NCBI GenBank assembly: GCA_039589315.1 | Contig: JBDHHQ010000007.1 | Span: 1-64,000 of the forward strand | Reading direction: 5' to 3' | DNA length: 64,000 nucleotides | Source of the DNA: Gemmatimonadota bacterium | Lineage (GTDB): Bacteria; Gemmatimonadota; Gemmatimonadetes; Longimicrobiales; Gaopeijiaceae | Shown: piece after piece, positions 1 through 9,892 of the stretch | Numbering within the stretch: the first letter of the stretch is position 1 | Layout: every line of letters starts with the position of its first letter | Program-made: the position numbers and the translations under genes | The notes under the pieces: model-generated | What the model was told of the DNA's origin: nothing | Seen by the model: the letters and a program-made list of their open reading frames with translations, nothing else | The model's database searches: none

Positions 1-3
1 TCC

Positions 4-1812
4 ATGATGGCCCGTCTCCGGCCCGGCGCCACGGTCGAACAAGCCCGCGCTCAGAACCTGGCCCTGAACAACGCGTTGATCGACGGTTGGTCCTTCCCCA
101 ACGCCCGCCAGCTCTTGGACGATGCGGGATACACGACGGTCGTCGTCGCCGCGAAGGAAGACCTGGTACGCGACATCGCGCCGATCCTCTACATGCTGTG
201 GGCCGGGGTCGGGCTCGTGCTGATCATCGGCTGCGTGAACACGGCGAACTTGATGCTCGCCCGGGCCCAGACCCGAGCGGGCGAGGTGGCCACCAAGCTG
301 GCTCTCGGCGCTCCGCGGGCGAGGGTCGCCCGCCAGGTCATGACAGAAGCCGGGGTGATCGGCGTGGTGGGTGCGTCTCTGGGGGTGGGCCTCGGAGCGG
401 TGGGGCTGCGCCTCCTGCAAAGCCTGGGCGCGGCGGACCTGCCGAGGGGCACGGAGGTCGGCATCGACGGGCCTGTCATCCTGTTCACCGTCGCGCTGGC
501 CATGGGGGCCGGGGTGTTGTTCGGCTCGATCCCCATCGCACAGATCATGCGCGGCGACCTCACCCGGATCTTCCGCGTCGAAGGGCGGACCGGCACAGCC
601 AGTCGTAGATCGGTGCTGGTCCGCAGCGGGCTGGTCACGAGCCAGGTGGCCCTGGCGTTCGTCCTGCTCATCGGCGCCGGCCTCATGCTCATGAGCTTTC
701 GGGCGGCCCTGTCGGTGGATCCCGGCTTCGAGCCAGAGGGGGTCATCACGGCCTTCGTGTCGCTCCCATCGGCGCGCTACGAGGACGGTGATGCCCGTCG
801 AGGGTTCGTGGACGAGATCCTTCGGGGAGTCCGGGCGCTTCCCGGCGTCGAGGAGGCGAGCGTCACCTCGCAGCTCCCGTTCACCGGGAGCGCCTCGAGC
901 AGCGTCATCATTCCCGAGGGGTACGTGCCTGGTCCCGGCGAGTCGGTGCTGTCGCCCTTCCAGACGTCTGCCGGACCCGGGTACTTCGGAGCCATGGGGA
1001 TCGAGGTCGTGTCGGGGCGGGCCTTCGAGGAAGCCGATGGTCCAGACTCCCACAACGTGCTCGTCATCGATCGTTGGCTGGCGCGGCGGTACTGGCCGGA
1101 CCGGAGCCCGGTGGGGGAGCGCATGTTCGCCGGCGTACCGGGCGAGGACAGCATCCCGGAGGACCGGATATACACGGTCGTCGGAGTCGTGGAGACCATC
1201 AAGCACAACGACCTCACGGCTCCGTCGTCGGAGCACGTGGGCGCGTATTACTTCTCGTTCGACCAGAGCCCGCGCAGCTTCCTCACACTCGTGGTCCGCA
1301 CGGCAACTGAGCCGACCGGCGTCACTTCGGCGCTCCGGGAGACCCTCGCCCGCATCGACCCCGAGCTGCCGCTGTTCGGAGTCCAAACGCTCCAATCGAG
1401 GATCGACGAGTCCCTGGCCTCGCGACGGATCCCGCTGGTCCTGCTCGGGGTCTTCGCCGCGGTGGCTCTGTTCCTTGCCGTGGTGGGCATCTACGGAGCG
1501 CAGGCCTATTCCGTGACCCAGCGCAGCCGTGAGATCGGCATCCGCATGGCGATGGGCAGCGCTCCACGCGACGTGTTCCGGAGTGTGGTCCGCCAGGGGA
1601 TGCGCGTGACCGGCGTGGGCCTGTTCGTGGGCCTGGTCGCCGCGCTGGTGCTCACCCGACTCATGCAGTCGCTGCTGTTCGGGGTTGGGGCCACCGACCT
1701 CAGGGTGCTGGGGGCCGTGGGGGTCGTGCTGGCGCTGGTGGCCCTGGGCGCGTGCCTCGTCCCGGCCCGGCGTGCGACGACGGTCGATCCGGTGCAGGCG
1801 TTGGGGAGCTGA
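4..1812 (+). CDS. ADOP-type (MacB/FtsX-like duplicated) ABC transporter permease, 5'-truncated by the window edge
   Basis: LIIGCVNTANLMLAR, EVATKLALGAPRARV, LVTSQVALAFVLLIGAGL, DPGF, YSVTQRSREIGIRMAMG and C-terminal PARRATTVDPVQAL motifs. Confidence 0.9.
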   Translation: MMARLRPGATVEQARAQNLALNNALIDGWSFPNARQLLDDAGYTTVVVAAKEDLVRDIAPILYMLWAGVGLVLIIGCVNTANLMLARAQTRAGEVATKLALGAPRARVARQVMTEAGVIGVVGASLGVGLGAVGLRLLQSLGAADLPRGTEVGIDGPVILFTVALAMGAGVLFGSIPIAQIMRGDLTRIFRVEGRTGTASRRSVLVRSGLVTSQVALAFVLLIGAGLMLMSFRAALSVDPGFEPEGVITAFVSLPSARYEDGDARRGFVDEILRGVRALPGVEEASVTSQLPFTGSASSSVIIPEGYVPGPGESVLSPFQTSAGPGYFGAMGIEVVSGRAFEEADGPDSHNVLVIDRWLARRYWPDRSPVGERMFAGVPGEDSIPEDRIYTVVGVVETIKHNDLTAPSSEHVGAYYFSFDQSPRSFLTLVVRTATEPTGVTSALRETLARIDPELPLFGVQTLQSRIDESLASRRIPLVLLGVFAAVALFLAVVGIYGAQAYSVTQRSREIGIRMAMGSAPRDVFRSVVRQGMRVTGVGLFVGLVAALVLTRLMQSLLFGVGATDLRVLGAVGVVLALVALGACLVPARRATTVDPVQALGS

Positions 1813-1950
1813 GTCTGCGGAGGTCCGTTGAGCCGCTGTGACGTCGCCGGGGCTCACGCACCCAGCCCCCGGATCGAGAAGCGGATCGCGTTGTGGGGCT
1901 CGTACGCGGGCGCCCCAAGACACCGGGCCTGCGGGCGCGCGGCGGTAGCT

Positions 1951-4356
1951 CTAGCGCGCCCGGAGCCACCGGTCGAAGAACTCGGTGGCACGGCGCACGT
2001 AGTCGTATCGGCTGGCCTCGGTCTGGATGGTGTGGGGCTCCACCGGATACACCATGACCTCGAAGTCCTTCTCGAGCTCGATGAGTCGCTGGATGAGACG
2101 GGCCGTGTCCTGGAAGTGGACGTTGTCGTCCACGAGGCCATGTGTGATCAGGAGGCGGTCTTCCAGGCCCTCGGCATGGTAGATCGGGCTCGAGCGGCGG
2201 TAGGCTTCGGGGTCGGCGTGGGGGACGCCCAGGATGCGGCTGGTCCACAAGTCGCTGTAGTGGGCCCAATCCGACACCGACGCGCGGGCGATGCCGGCCG
2301 CGAAGACGCCCGGGTAGCGGAACAGGGACATCAGCGTCAGGAACCCGCCGTACGAGACGCCGTAGAGGCCGATCCGCTCGGGATCCACGTCTCGTTCGTC
2401 CACCAGGAACCGGGCAGCGGCGACGGCGCCATCGGCGTCCTCGAGCCCCATGGAGCCCGCGATGTCCGTGCGGTAGTCTCGACCGAAGCCCGCGCTGCCC
2501 CGGTAGTCGAAGTCGAGGACGGTGTAGCCCTCCTGGACCAGATAATGGATCAGGCCCAGGTGAAGAGCGTACCCGTAGACCGACCAGCCCCGGTGGGCGA
2601 ACTGCCGGTACCCGCCCCCGTGCACGTGGATCACGGCGGGCCGCAGGGGATCGGGCTCATCGGCCTCGAAGAGGGCCGCCCATAGCTCACCCCCGTCCGG
2701 GTGTTGGAAGGACACGATCTCGGGGGTCACCAGCGGGTGGGCGTAGTACTCGTCAGTGCCACTCACCGTGACGCGGGCGCCCGGGTCCGTGCCCGAAGTG
2801 GACCGGACGAACAGGTCCGGCATTTGCACGTTCGAGCTGAAGAGCACGCCGAGACGCTCCCCGTCGGGAGACAGTCGGCCCTCGTGTCGCCCCGATGCTT
2901 CGGTGAGGCGGACGAGGGTTCCCCCGGTGGCCGGCATCCGATAGAGGTGGTCGTCCGCGGGGTGCTCCCGGCTGGCTTGGAGCAGCCACTGGCTCCGGTC
3001 TCGGCTGAGCTCGGCGGCCCGAACTTCCCATGGCCCTTCCGTCAGGGCGCGGATCGATCCGTCGGGCTCCGCTACGTAGAGGTGACTCCAGCCGCTACGC
3101 TCGGAGGCGAACACGAACCGGTCGCCGGCGAGCCACTCCAGGAGAGCGGGCTGGAGGTAATTGGCCTGAATCGGCGGACCGCCGATCCACGCGTCGTCGT
3201 GGTCGTGCGTGACGACCGTGGCAGCTCCGGAGGCAAGGTCGACCTCCGCGAACCAGATGTCCCGGTGGTCCTCGCCGATGAACTGAGCCAGCGCCCGCGT
3301 GCCCTCCAGGTTCCAGAACGGGCCGTGGGGAACCGTGTTGGCATCTCCCGCCTCGGAGAGCTCGATCCAGGTGACCTTGACGCTGTCCGGATCGACGGCG
3401 GGATCGAACGCCACGACGCCGAGCCGGAGCACGTCCCGGGGCTCTCCCACCTTGCTCCGGGCCTCGCGGACCGAGGCGTATCCCGACGGATCGACGTAGT
3501 CCACGTACCGGGTCGGCGGCCGGCTGGTGTCGGGCGTCCGTGCGCGGAACGTCACGAAGCGGCCGTCGGGGGAGAGCTGGATTTGGTCCAGCTCCGCCGC
3601 GGCGCGCACCGGGAGCGCCTGCGGAACCGCCCGGTCGCTGGACCGGCTCAGCGCCACTCGCTCGCGGGCCTCACGCTCTCGAGCGCGGACGTGCGCGAAG
3701 ACCTCGCGCTGCTGCTCGACGAGCCAACCGGCCGCGTCGGTGCCTTCATTGGCCTCGATCCCGTGCTTCGCCGCGATCACCGCCAGGGCGCCCGTCGCCA
3801 CGTCGTACCGGTATAGGGCCGAGCCGGCCTCGAAGTGGATGGCGCTCCCACGCTCCGCCATGCGGGCCTGTCGCGCGGGCCGCTCCAAGGTGACCACACG
3901 CTCGACCGTGTCCCCGTCGAACAGGAACACGCTGCCGTTCCTGACCCACGCCGCGGCGTGGCCGTCGAGGCCCCACGAAACGGTGGCGCCAGGCACCAGG
4001 TCGAGGTCGATGCGCGGGACCTCCTCCACCCAGCTCCCGTCCGGGCCCGTCCTGAACCAGGGATCGGCGTCCGGCAGGTCATCGGGTTCGGGAGCGCGGG
4101 TCCACCTGAAGTAGAGCGCGGAGCCGTCGGCGGCCCAGCGCACGTCTCCGACGCCCGCGCCGAGCCACCGGTCGTTTCTGGACGCGTCCCGGAGGGTCAG
4201 GGGACGCGCCGATATCGACTCGAACGTCACGTCGGACTGACGAATGGGCGTGGACTCGCGGGACTGGGCGTCCGCCGACCCGATCACGGCGAGGAGCGAA
4301 AGCGACGCGAGGGCGAAGCGGCCATGGAAGGCGAGAGGCAGTCGAGGCAGGCTCAC
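1951..4356 (-). CDS. Exported S9 (prolyl oligopeptidase / DPP-IV-like) peptidase
   Basis: Beta-propeller region, then HVHGGG, DYRGSAGFG, nucleophile GVSYGG, HGLVDDNV and EPH. Start re-picked at GTG 4356, ahead of a signal peptide (..LLAVIGSADA-Q); the ORF extension to 5067 overlaps the divergent gene. Confidence 0.88.
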   Translation of the reverse strand: MSLPRLPLAFHGRFALASLSLLAVIGSADAQSRESTPIRQSDVTFESISARPLTLRDASRNDRWLGAGVGDVRWAADGSALYFRWTRAPEPDDLPDADPWFRTGPDGSWVEEVPRIDLDLVPGATVSWGLDGHAAAWVRNGSVFLFDGDTVERVVTLERPARQARMAERGSAIHFEAGSALYRYDVATGALAVIAAKHGIEANEGTDAAGWLVEQQREVFAHVRAREREARERVALSRSSDRAVPQALPVRAAAELDQIQLSPDGRFVTFRARTPDTSRPPTRYVDYVDPSGYASVREARSKVGEPRDVLRLGVVAFDPAVDPDSVKVTWIELSEAGDANTVPHGPFWNLEGTRALAQFIGEDHRDIWFAEVDLASGAATVVTHDHDDAWIGGPPIQANYLQPALLEWLAGDRFVFASERSGWSHLYVAEPDGSIRALTEGPWEVRAAELSRDRSQWLLQASREHPADDHLYRMPATGGTLVRLTEASGRHEGRLSPDGERLGVLFSSNVQMPDLFVRSTSGTDPGARVTVSGTDEYYAHPLVTPEIVSFQHPDGGELWAALFEADEPDPLRPAVIHVHGGGYRQFAHRGWSVYGYALHLGLIHYLVQEGYTVLDFDYRGSAGFGRDYRTDIAGSMGLEDADGAVAAARFLVDERDVDPERIGLYGVSYGGFLTLMSLFRYPGVFAAGIARASVSDWAHYSDLWTSRILGVPHADPEAYRRSSPIYHAEGLEDRLLITHGLVDDNVHFQDTARLIQRLIELEKDFEVMVYPVEPHTIQTEASRYDYVRRATEFFDRWLRAR

Positions 4357-4597
4357 GGTGGGCTCCGGCTGGACGGTCGGGTCGCGTGCGGTGCCGCAAC
4401 TTCGGACCGTGCCACGCACCCGAGCAACCCGGGTCCCGGGAGCCGCGGCAGCGACACCTGGAGCGTCGCGGGCGCTCGCTCCCAAGAACTCCCACGCCCA
4501 CTTCAGGTCTTTCCCGACAGACATCCGGCCGTGGCCGAACCACCGTGGGTAGGGCTCGTCCGCCGCTCTGGTGGCAGCGTGGCCCGGGAGGTGCGTC

Positions 4598-5824
4598 ATG
4601 TCGGTAGGGTGCAGGGGTCCGTGGCGGGTATCGCGCTCGTGTTGCGTGGTGGCCGTGAGCGCCACCGTCGCGTGCGCCAGCGTCACCGAGGTGGCGACGG
4701 TCGACCTGGCCGAGGTGGTCGAGCGTGACGGTGTGGCCTTCACCGACACCGAGATTCCCGCCGGGATCGTCGACCGGCTCGCACGGCATCGGCTTCTCGT
4801 CATCGGCGAGACCCACGGGGTCCGTGAGCACGCGGAGCTGATGACGGCGCTGCTGGAGGCCCTCCACGTCCGGGGATTCCGCCAACTGCTCATGGAGTGG
4901 CCGCAAGCCGCCGACTGGCTGCTCGCCGACTTCGTGAACGGCGCCCGCCTACAGCCCGATTGGGAGCCTCCACACGACCTGAACGGCGGGCTGATCCACG
5001 GGATTCGGGCGTTTAATGCCGGGCTGCCGGAAGAGCAGAGGCTCCGCGTCCGCGGCATCGACGTCAACCTCTCCGACTACGGCGGGGCCACCGCCTTTCG
5101 TGACCTGATCCAGACCTACACCGGCCACCTGGGGACCTCGGGTCCCGTGGCCGCCTTCCTGCAGGCAGAGTACGGCACGGCGAAGCAGCAGGAGCGGAGC
5201 CTCGAGGACCTCCAGGCCGCTCTCGCGGCCCAGGAGGGCGAGCTGAGCGCCGCATGGGGCTCGGAAGCCTACGAGCTCGTCACGGAGATGGTCGAGGTGG
5301 AGCTGGTCAGCGTGGCGGTTCGGGCGAATCGGGAGGACCACTACGACCTGTCCGTCCGGCTTCGCGAAAGCGCCATGAAGCGCCTGACCGACAAGAGGCT
5401 GGAGGGCTACGCCCACCGGTCCGTCCTGAACGTCGGGGGGAACCACGCCCAGAAGAAGCACCTGAAAGGCACGTCTCAGGAGTGGCTCGGTGACTATCTG
5501 GTGAATCGCAGCTCGGCGGTGGGTGGCCCCACGTTCGTGGTGACGGTCGTTCCGGCCAGGACGGCCCCGGGTGGTGGCTTCACCCGGTTCGATCTCCTTG
5601 ACGCGTCGCCCGAGAACGAGCTGTTCCGCCTCATGAACGAGGCCTGGCCGGAGCAGACCGTCTTCCTGCCGCTGGACGATCCGGTGTTCCGTTCCGGTGG
5701 GATTCCCGTGAACTACGAGAGCACGGTCCACGTGTGCGCCCTGAAGGAGCACTACGACGCCGTGCTGCTCTATCCGACCATTCATCGCGTGCGGCCGGGG
5801 TCGTCGGAGGCCGGCGATCCGTGA
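4598..5824 (+). CDS. Erythromycin-esterase/ChaN/TraB-superfamily protein, probable lipoprotein
   Basis: GGAGGT SD before ATG 4598; lipobox-like TVAC; motifs LLVIGETHG, GFRQLLME, GIDV, RESAM, GGNHAQK, YDAVL. Confidence 0.65.
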   Translation: MSVGCRGPWRVSRSCCVVAVSATVACASVTEVATVDLAEVVERDGVAFTDTEIPAGIVDRLARHRLLVIGETHGVREHAELMTALLEALHVRGFRQLLMEWPQAADWLLADFVNGARLQPDWEPPHDLNGGLIHGIRAFNAGLPEEQRLRVRGIDVNLSDYGGATAFRDLIQTYTGHLGTSGPVAAFLQAEYGTAKQQERSLEDLQAALAAQEGELSAAWGSEAYELVTEMVEVELVSVAVRANREDHYDLSVRLRESAMKRLTDKRLEGYAHRSVLNVGGNHAQKKHLKGTSQEWLGDYLVNRSSAVGGPTFVVTVVPARTAPGGGFTRFDLLDASPENELFRLMNEAWPEQTVFLPLDDPVFRSGGIPVNYESTVHVCALKEHYDAVLLYPTIHRVRPGSSEAGDP

Positions 5825-6378
5825 GCTCGGTCGAGGGCGGAGCCAGGCGGCTGACAGGCGGGGGCGCAACCCGACCGGGTCGGCGCTTCGCGGCCTGCGT
5901 CGTGGCTTCCACACTGGTCGGAGTCACGGTCCCGGCTCCCATCGCCGCCCAGTTGTCTCCGGGCGTGCAGGCGAGCTGGGCCAGCGACTCCGATTTCAGC
6001 TTGGGGGGCCGAGTCGTCGTAGGCCTTCACGGCCTCGTGAAGGGGCTCGAGAGCTCCGGGATCTTCGACTACTACTTCCCGGGCGAGGGGGCCGCGGCCA
6101 ACGTGGCCGACTGGGAGGCCAGCGCGAACCTGGCCTACCGCGTCGAGATCGAGGGCCGGACCCTGATCCCCTACGGCGGCGCCGGCGTCGGTTTCGCCCG
6201 GTACACCGCGACGGTCCGCGCGCTGGAGACCGACCTGGAGGGGAGCGAGACCCGGACCGGCCTCAACCTGCTAGGTGGGCTCCTGTTCGAGGTGGGGCGG
6301 TCGACACCGTTCATGGAGGCCAGGGTGACCCTGGGCGGCATCGATCAGTTCGCCCTGAGCGCCGGCGTGCGCTTCTGA
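5821..6378 (+). CDS. Small outer-membrane beta-barrel protein (OmpA/OMP_b-brl-like)
   Basis: GTGA overlap with upstream stop; signal peptide; PYGGAGVG, GLNLLGG; terminal SAGVRF. Confidence 0.75.
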   Translation: MSSVEGGARRLTGGGATRPGRRFAACVVASTLVGVTVPAPIAAQLSPGVQASWASDSDFSLGGRVVVGLHGLVKGLESSGIFDYYFPGEGAAANVADWEASANLAYRVEIEGRTLIPYGGAGVGFARYTATVRALETDLEGSETRTGLNLLGGLLFEVGRSTPFMEARVTLGGIDQFALSAGVRF

Positions 6379-6499
6379 GCTGCGGTCGACCGGCCCCTTT
6401 GCTCGGTCGCACGGTGCGTTCCGCCTCGGACCCGGCGGAGGCGGACGCGCCGAGGAGGTCTCGTAGCTACCCACGGGTAGAGACCCGCCGGCTCTCGAG

Positions 6500-7855
6500 T
6501 CAGTCCCTCCCGGGCAGGGCGCTCGCGCGCAGCGAGTCCAGGGCCTCGGGACCCAGCCAGGCTCCCCGCAGCATGACGCCCCTGGGTGACCGCAGCGCCC
6601 CGATCCGTTCCAGCGGGTTGTTGGCCAACAGCACCAGATCGGCGCTCATCCCGGGCGCCAATGTCCCGAGCCGGTCGGACAGGCCGAGGGTCACCGCAGG
6701 GGTCACGGTCACCGAGCGGAGCGTTCGATGGGCGCTCAATCCGGCGCGCACGAACAGCTCCAGCTCGTTGAACAGGGCGTCACCGGCCGGAGCCAGGACC
6801 TGGTGCGCGTCGGTGCTGGCCACGATGGGCACTCCCGCATCCGCAAGCGCCCGGAGAAGCGCGAAGAGGAACTCGAAGTCGCTCTTGTCGGCGTCGATCG
6901 AGGCCTGGTCCCTGGTCTCGAAGTCTGCGGCCATCCCCTCGAGGCGCTCTTTCCCCTCGTCCCCGAAGTAGCGGATGGCCGTTGCCACGAGGCTGTCGTT
7001 GGTGAGCCAGGCCGGATCGTCCAGCCCTCTGCCCACAGACTCCCACTGAGCCAGAATCGTACCGATCGTCACGCCCGACGTACGAATCGCCTCGACCACG
7101 TCGGGAATCCGCTCGTAGTCGGAGCGACCGTTGAAAGCCGGCAGCACCAGCTCGTCCAGGTGCTCGATGGAGCTCATGCCGGAGGAAAGGATGACGTCGA
7201 GCTCACCTGCCGGCACCGGGTAGTGGCCGGCTACCGGCAGTCCGAGCTGGGCGGCCTCATCGGCCAGGGCCAGGTACGTGGGTTCCTCCAGGTGGTAGAC
7301 CTTGATCAGGTCGAAGCCGTCATCCTTGAATGTGCGAGCGAGCTCCCGCGCGTGCTGGGGTGACGCCACGTGCCACCGGTATTCGGGGTTGCCGTCGAAG
7401 AGGGTGGGGCCCGACGTGACGAAGCGAGGTCCGAGCAGGTCGCCCGCTTCGATTCGGTGTCGCCAAAGGAGTGGCTCGCCGAAGTTGCCGTTCATGTTGC
7501 GTACCGTGGTGATGCCTGCGGCGACGTAGAGGGCCAGCTCCGCCTCCTCCCTCACATGGACGTGCATGTCCACCAGGCCCGGGACGACGTAGCCGCCACG
7601 TCCGTCGATCACACGCGCGCCTCGGCTGACGGGAACCAGGGTGGAGGCGCCCACCGCTTCGATGACTCCATCCCTCACCAGCACGACCCCGTCCTCGATC
7701 ACGTAGGGGCCGTCCCCGTCCATGGGAATCACCCGGACGTTGGTGAGCGCCAGGGCCTCTCCCGCCGTGGTGTCCGGCCCGCACCCTGTCCCGAACGGAC
7801 CGACCACGACTGCCAGGCCCGCGAGGGCTCCCCACATTCGTCCGACATGCATCAT
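6500..7855 (-). CDS. Amidohydrolase family protein, probable lipoprotein
   Basis: VIDGRGGYVVPGLVDMHVH, GITTVRNM, IKVY, SIEH, ASTDA, GTLAPGMSADLVLL; lipobox-like GTGC. Confidence 0.88.
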   Translation of the reverse strand: MMHVGRMWGALAGLAVVVGPFGTGCGPDTTAGEALALTNVRVIPMDGDGPYVIEDGVVLVRDGVIEAVGASTLVPVSRGARVIDGRGGYVVPGLVDMHVHVREEAELALYVAAGITTVRNMNGNFGEPLLWRHRIEAGDLLGPRFVTSGPTLFDGNPEYRWHVASPQHARELARTFKDDGFDLIKVYHLEEPTYLALADEAAQLGLPVAGHYPVPAGELDVILSSGMSSIEHLDELVLPAFNGRSDYERIPDVVEAIRTSGVTIGTILAQWESVGRGLDDPAWLTNDSLVATAIRYFGDEGKERLEGMAADFETRDQASIDADKSDFEFLFALLRALADAGVPIVASTDAHQVLAPAGDALFNELELFVRAGLSAHRTLRSVTVTPAVTLGLSDRLGTLAPGMSADLVLLANNPLERIGALRSPRGVMLRGAWLGPEALDSLRASALPGRD

Positions 7856-8086
7856 CCCATCCGCTCCGTCGAGGGTGCGACGTCCCCACCACACGAAAAA
7901 AAACTTTCAGATATGCCCGCCGTCAACCCTGGGGCCGGTCCAAGCTCCGGCTCCCGACGAGATCGGCGGCCGGAAGGCGCCGTCGTACTGGGCCGGGCGC
8001 AGGCGATCCCATAGGATGGGCGGGCAGGCTGGCGTCTCGCTACTCGGGGGGCGAGCCCTCGCCCCAACCGTCGAAAGGAGCCAACC

Positions 8087-8317
8087 ATCCCGTCCACCGA
8101 CACCAGGCGATCCCGGCGGGGAGGGATCGCGATCGGCCTCTATCTGCTGGCCTGCTTCTTCGCTCAGCTCTGGCCCGTGGCGGCGTTCGCCAATCGGATC
8201 GAGCCCAGGGTCCTGGGCCTCCCGTTTCTGATGTTCTGGTACGTGGCCGGCGTGTTCGCCGTCTTCGGGGGTCTCCTGGTGATGTACGTGCGGGGAACGA
8301 AAGGGGAGGGGGAGTGA
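8087..8317 (+). CDS. Small membrane protein (DUF3311-like partner of the SSS transporter), apparent ATC start; absent from the ORF track
   Basis: AAAGGAG (8074-8080), 6 nt, then ATC. Translation IPSTDTRRSRRGGIAIGLYLLACFFAQLWPVAAFANRIEPRVLGLPFLMFWYVAGVFAVFGGLLVMYVRGTKGEGE has two TM segments and the NRIEPxVLGLPF motif, and lies directly upstream of an SSS gene. Confidence 0.75.
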   Translation: MPSTDTRRSRRGGIAIGLYLLACFFAQLWPVAAFANRIEPRVLGLPFLMFWYVAGVFAVFGGLLVMYVRGTKGEGE

Positions 8318-8350
8318 GATCGAGCCGTCGTCCGGCCTGGTTCGACGTCC

Positions 8351-9841
8351 ATGGCTGACTGGGTCGTCGTATCCGGGGTTACCGGACTGTACCTGGCGCT
8401 GGTCCTCGGTCTGGGGCTGCGGGCGCGGAGCCGGGAGACCAGCTCGAGCCTCGAAGGATTCGTGGCCCACGGGCGACACATGGGCTTCGTCCTCCTCTTC
8501 TTCATCATGGGTGCCGAGGTGTTCAGCGCCTTCGCCTTCCTGGGGGCTCCGGGCTGGGCCTATTCCATGGGCGCACCGGCCTTCTACATCCTTGGTGCGT
8601 TCGCGCTGGCGTTGGTGCCGTGGTGGTGGATCGGGCCCCGCACGGCGCGGCTGGGAGTGCGCTACGGGTACCTGACGCAGGCAGAGCTCCTCGGCCACCG
8701 CTTCGAAAGCCCCCTGCTGGCCGGGCTGGTGGCTCTCATCGGCGTCGCCGTCCTCTTCCCGTACCTGACCATTCAGATCGTGGGGGCCGGATTCCTGGTT
8801 GAAGCTTCCACCGGGGGCAACGTTCCCTTCTGGCTGGGGGCCCTGCTGGCGTTTCTGGTCGCGGCGGTGTACGTCGCCGCCTCCGGGCTCCGCGGCATCG
8901 GCTGGACCAACGTCCTGCAGGGCATCCTCATGGTCGTGGTGGCATGGGGCGTGGGGCTGGCCATCCCGTGGCGCTTCTACGGGGGCGTGGGCGCGATGTT
9001 CGACCGCCTGGCAGCGGAGGCGCCCGATTACCTGGTCATCCCCGGGCACGAGGGCGCCATGGGCTGGGCGGGCTTCTCCAGCAGCATCGCGGTCACGGTC
9101 TTCGGGCTGTCCATGTGGCCACACCTGTTCAGCAAGGCCTACGGAGCCCGGAGCGAGACGGCGATTCACAGGACGATCCTGCTCTACCCCCTCTACGGGC
9201 TCCTCATGGTGCCCATCATATTCGTCGGCTTCGCGGGGGTGCTCCTGATTCAGGATCTCGAGCAGCCCGATCGCATTCTGCTGGAGCTCGTGGCCAGGGC
9301 CGACTTCCATCCCGTCGTCGTCGGTCTGTTGCTGTCAGGAGCGCTCGCCGCGGCCATGTCCACGGGGGCCAACATCGCCCATACGGCCTCTTCCATGCTG
9401 GTCCGGGACGTCTACGTGCGCTTCCGTCCTGAAAGCTCCGACCGGACGCAGCTCCGCCTCACCCAGCTTCTGGTCCTGGCCCTGTGTGGCGCAGCCTACC
9501 TCATGGCCCTGGATACGCCTCAGTCCATCATCAGCCTCGTGCTCGCCGCGTTCGCCGGCCTCGTGCAGTTCCTTCCGTTGGTGGTGGCCGCGTTCTTCTG
9601 GCGGAGGGCCACCCGGGCCGGTGCTCTGTCGGGGCTGGTAGGGGGCGTGACGGCCGGCGCCCTCTTCACCTGGGTGTGGAGCACGCCGTTCGAGATTCAC
9701 CCGGGGATCTGGGGCCTGCTGGTGAACGTGGGGCTCCTGACCGCGGTCAGCCTGCTCACCGAGCCCATGCCCGAAGAGCACGTGCGAGGCTTCGTGGATC
9801 AGTCCGCGATTCCCATCGCGGAGCAGACGTCGATGGATTGA
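8351..9841 (+). CDS. Sodium:solute symporter (SSS) family transporter
   Basis: About 13 hydrophobic segments; EVFSAFAFLGAPGWAY, GLRGIGWTNVLQG, GALAAAMST. Confidence 0.92.
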   Translation: MADWVVVSGVTGLYLALVLGLGLRARSRETSSSLEGFVAHGRHMGFVLLFFIMGAEVFSAFAFLGAPGWAYSMGAPAFYILGAFALALVPWWWIGPRTARLGVRYGYLTQAELLGHRFESPLLAGLVALIGVAVLFPYLTIQIVGAGFLVEASTGGNVPFWLGALLAFLVAAVYVAASGLRGIGWTNVLQGILMVVVAWGVGLAIPWRFYGGVGAMFDRLAAEAPDYLVIPGHEGAMGWAGFSSSIAVTVFGLSMWPHLFSKAYGARSETAIHRTILLYPLYGLLMVPIIFVGFAGVLLIQDLEQPDRILLELVARADFHPVVVGLLLSGALAAAMSTGANIAHTASSMLVRDVYVRFRPESSDRTQLRLTQLLVLALCGAAYLMALDTPQSIISLVLAAFAGLVQFLPLVVAAFFWRRATRAGALSGLVGGVTAGALFTWVWSTPFEIHPGIWGLLVNVGLLTAVSLLTEPMPEEHVRGFVDQSAIPIAEQTSMD

Positions 9842-9892
9842 GGACTACGTTCCGGGGCCTCGGGAGGGCTCCGAGGGCGGGGACGGAGCGGG

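Noticed and set aside
4357..5067. N-terminal extension of the S9 peptidase ORF, including the protein-like stretch YPRWFGHGRMSVGKDLKWAWEFLG
   Set aside because: It precedes the signal peptide and overlaps the divergent gene. The stretch might be another relic, but I cannot assign it.
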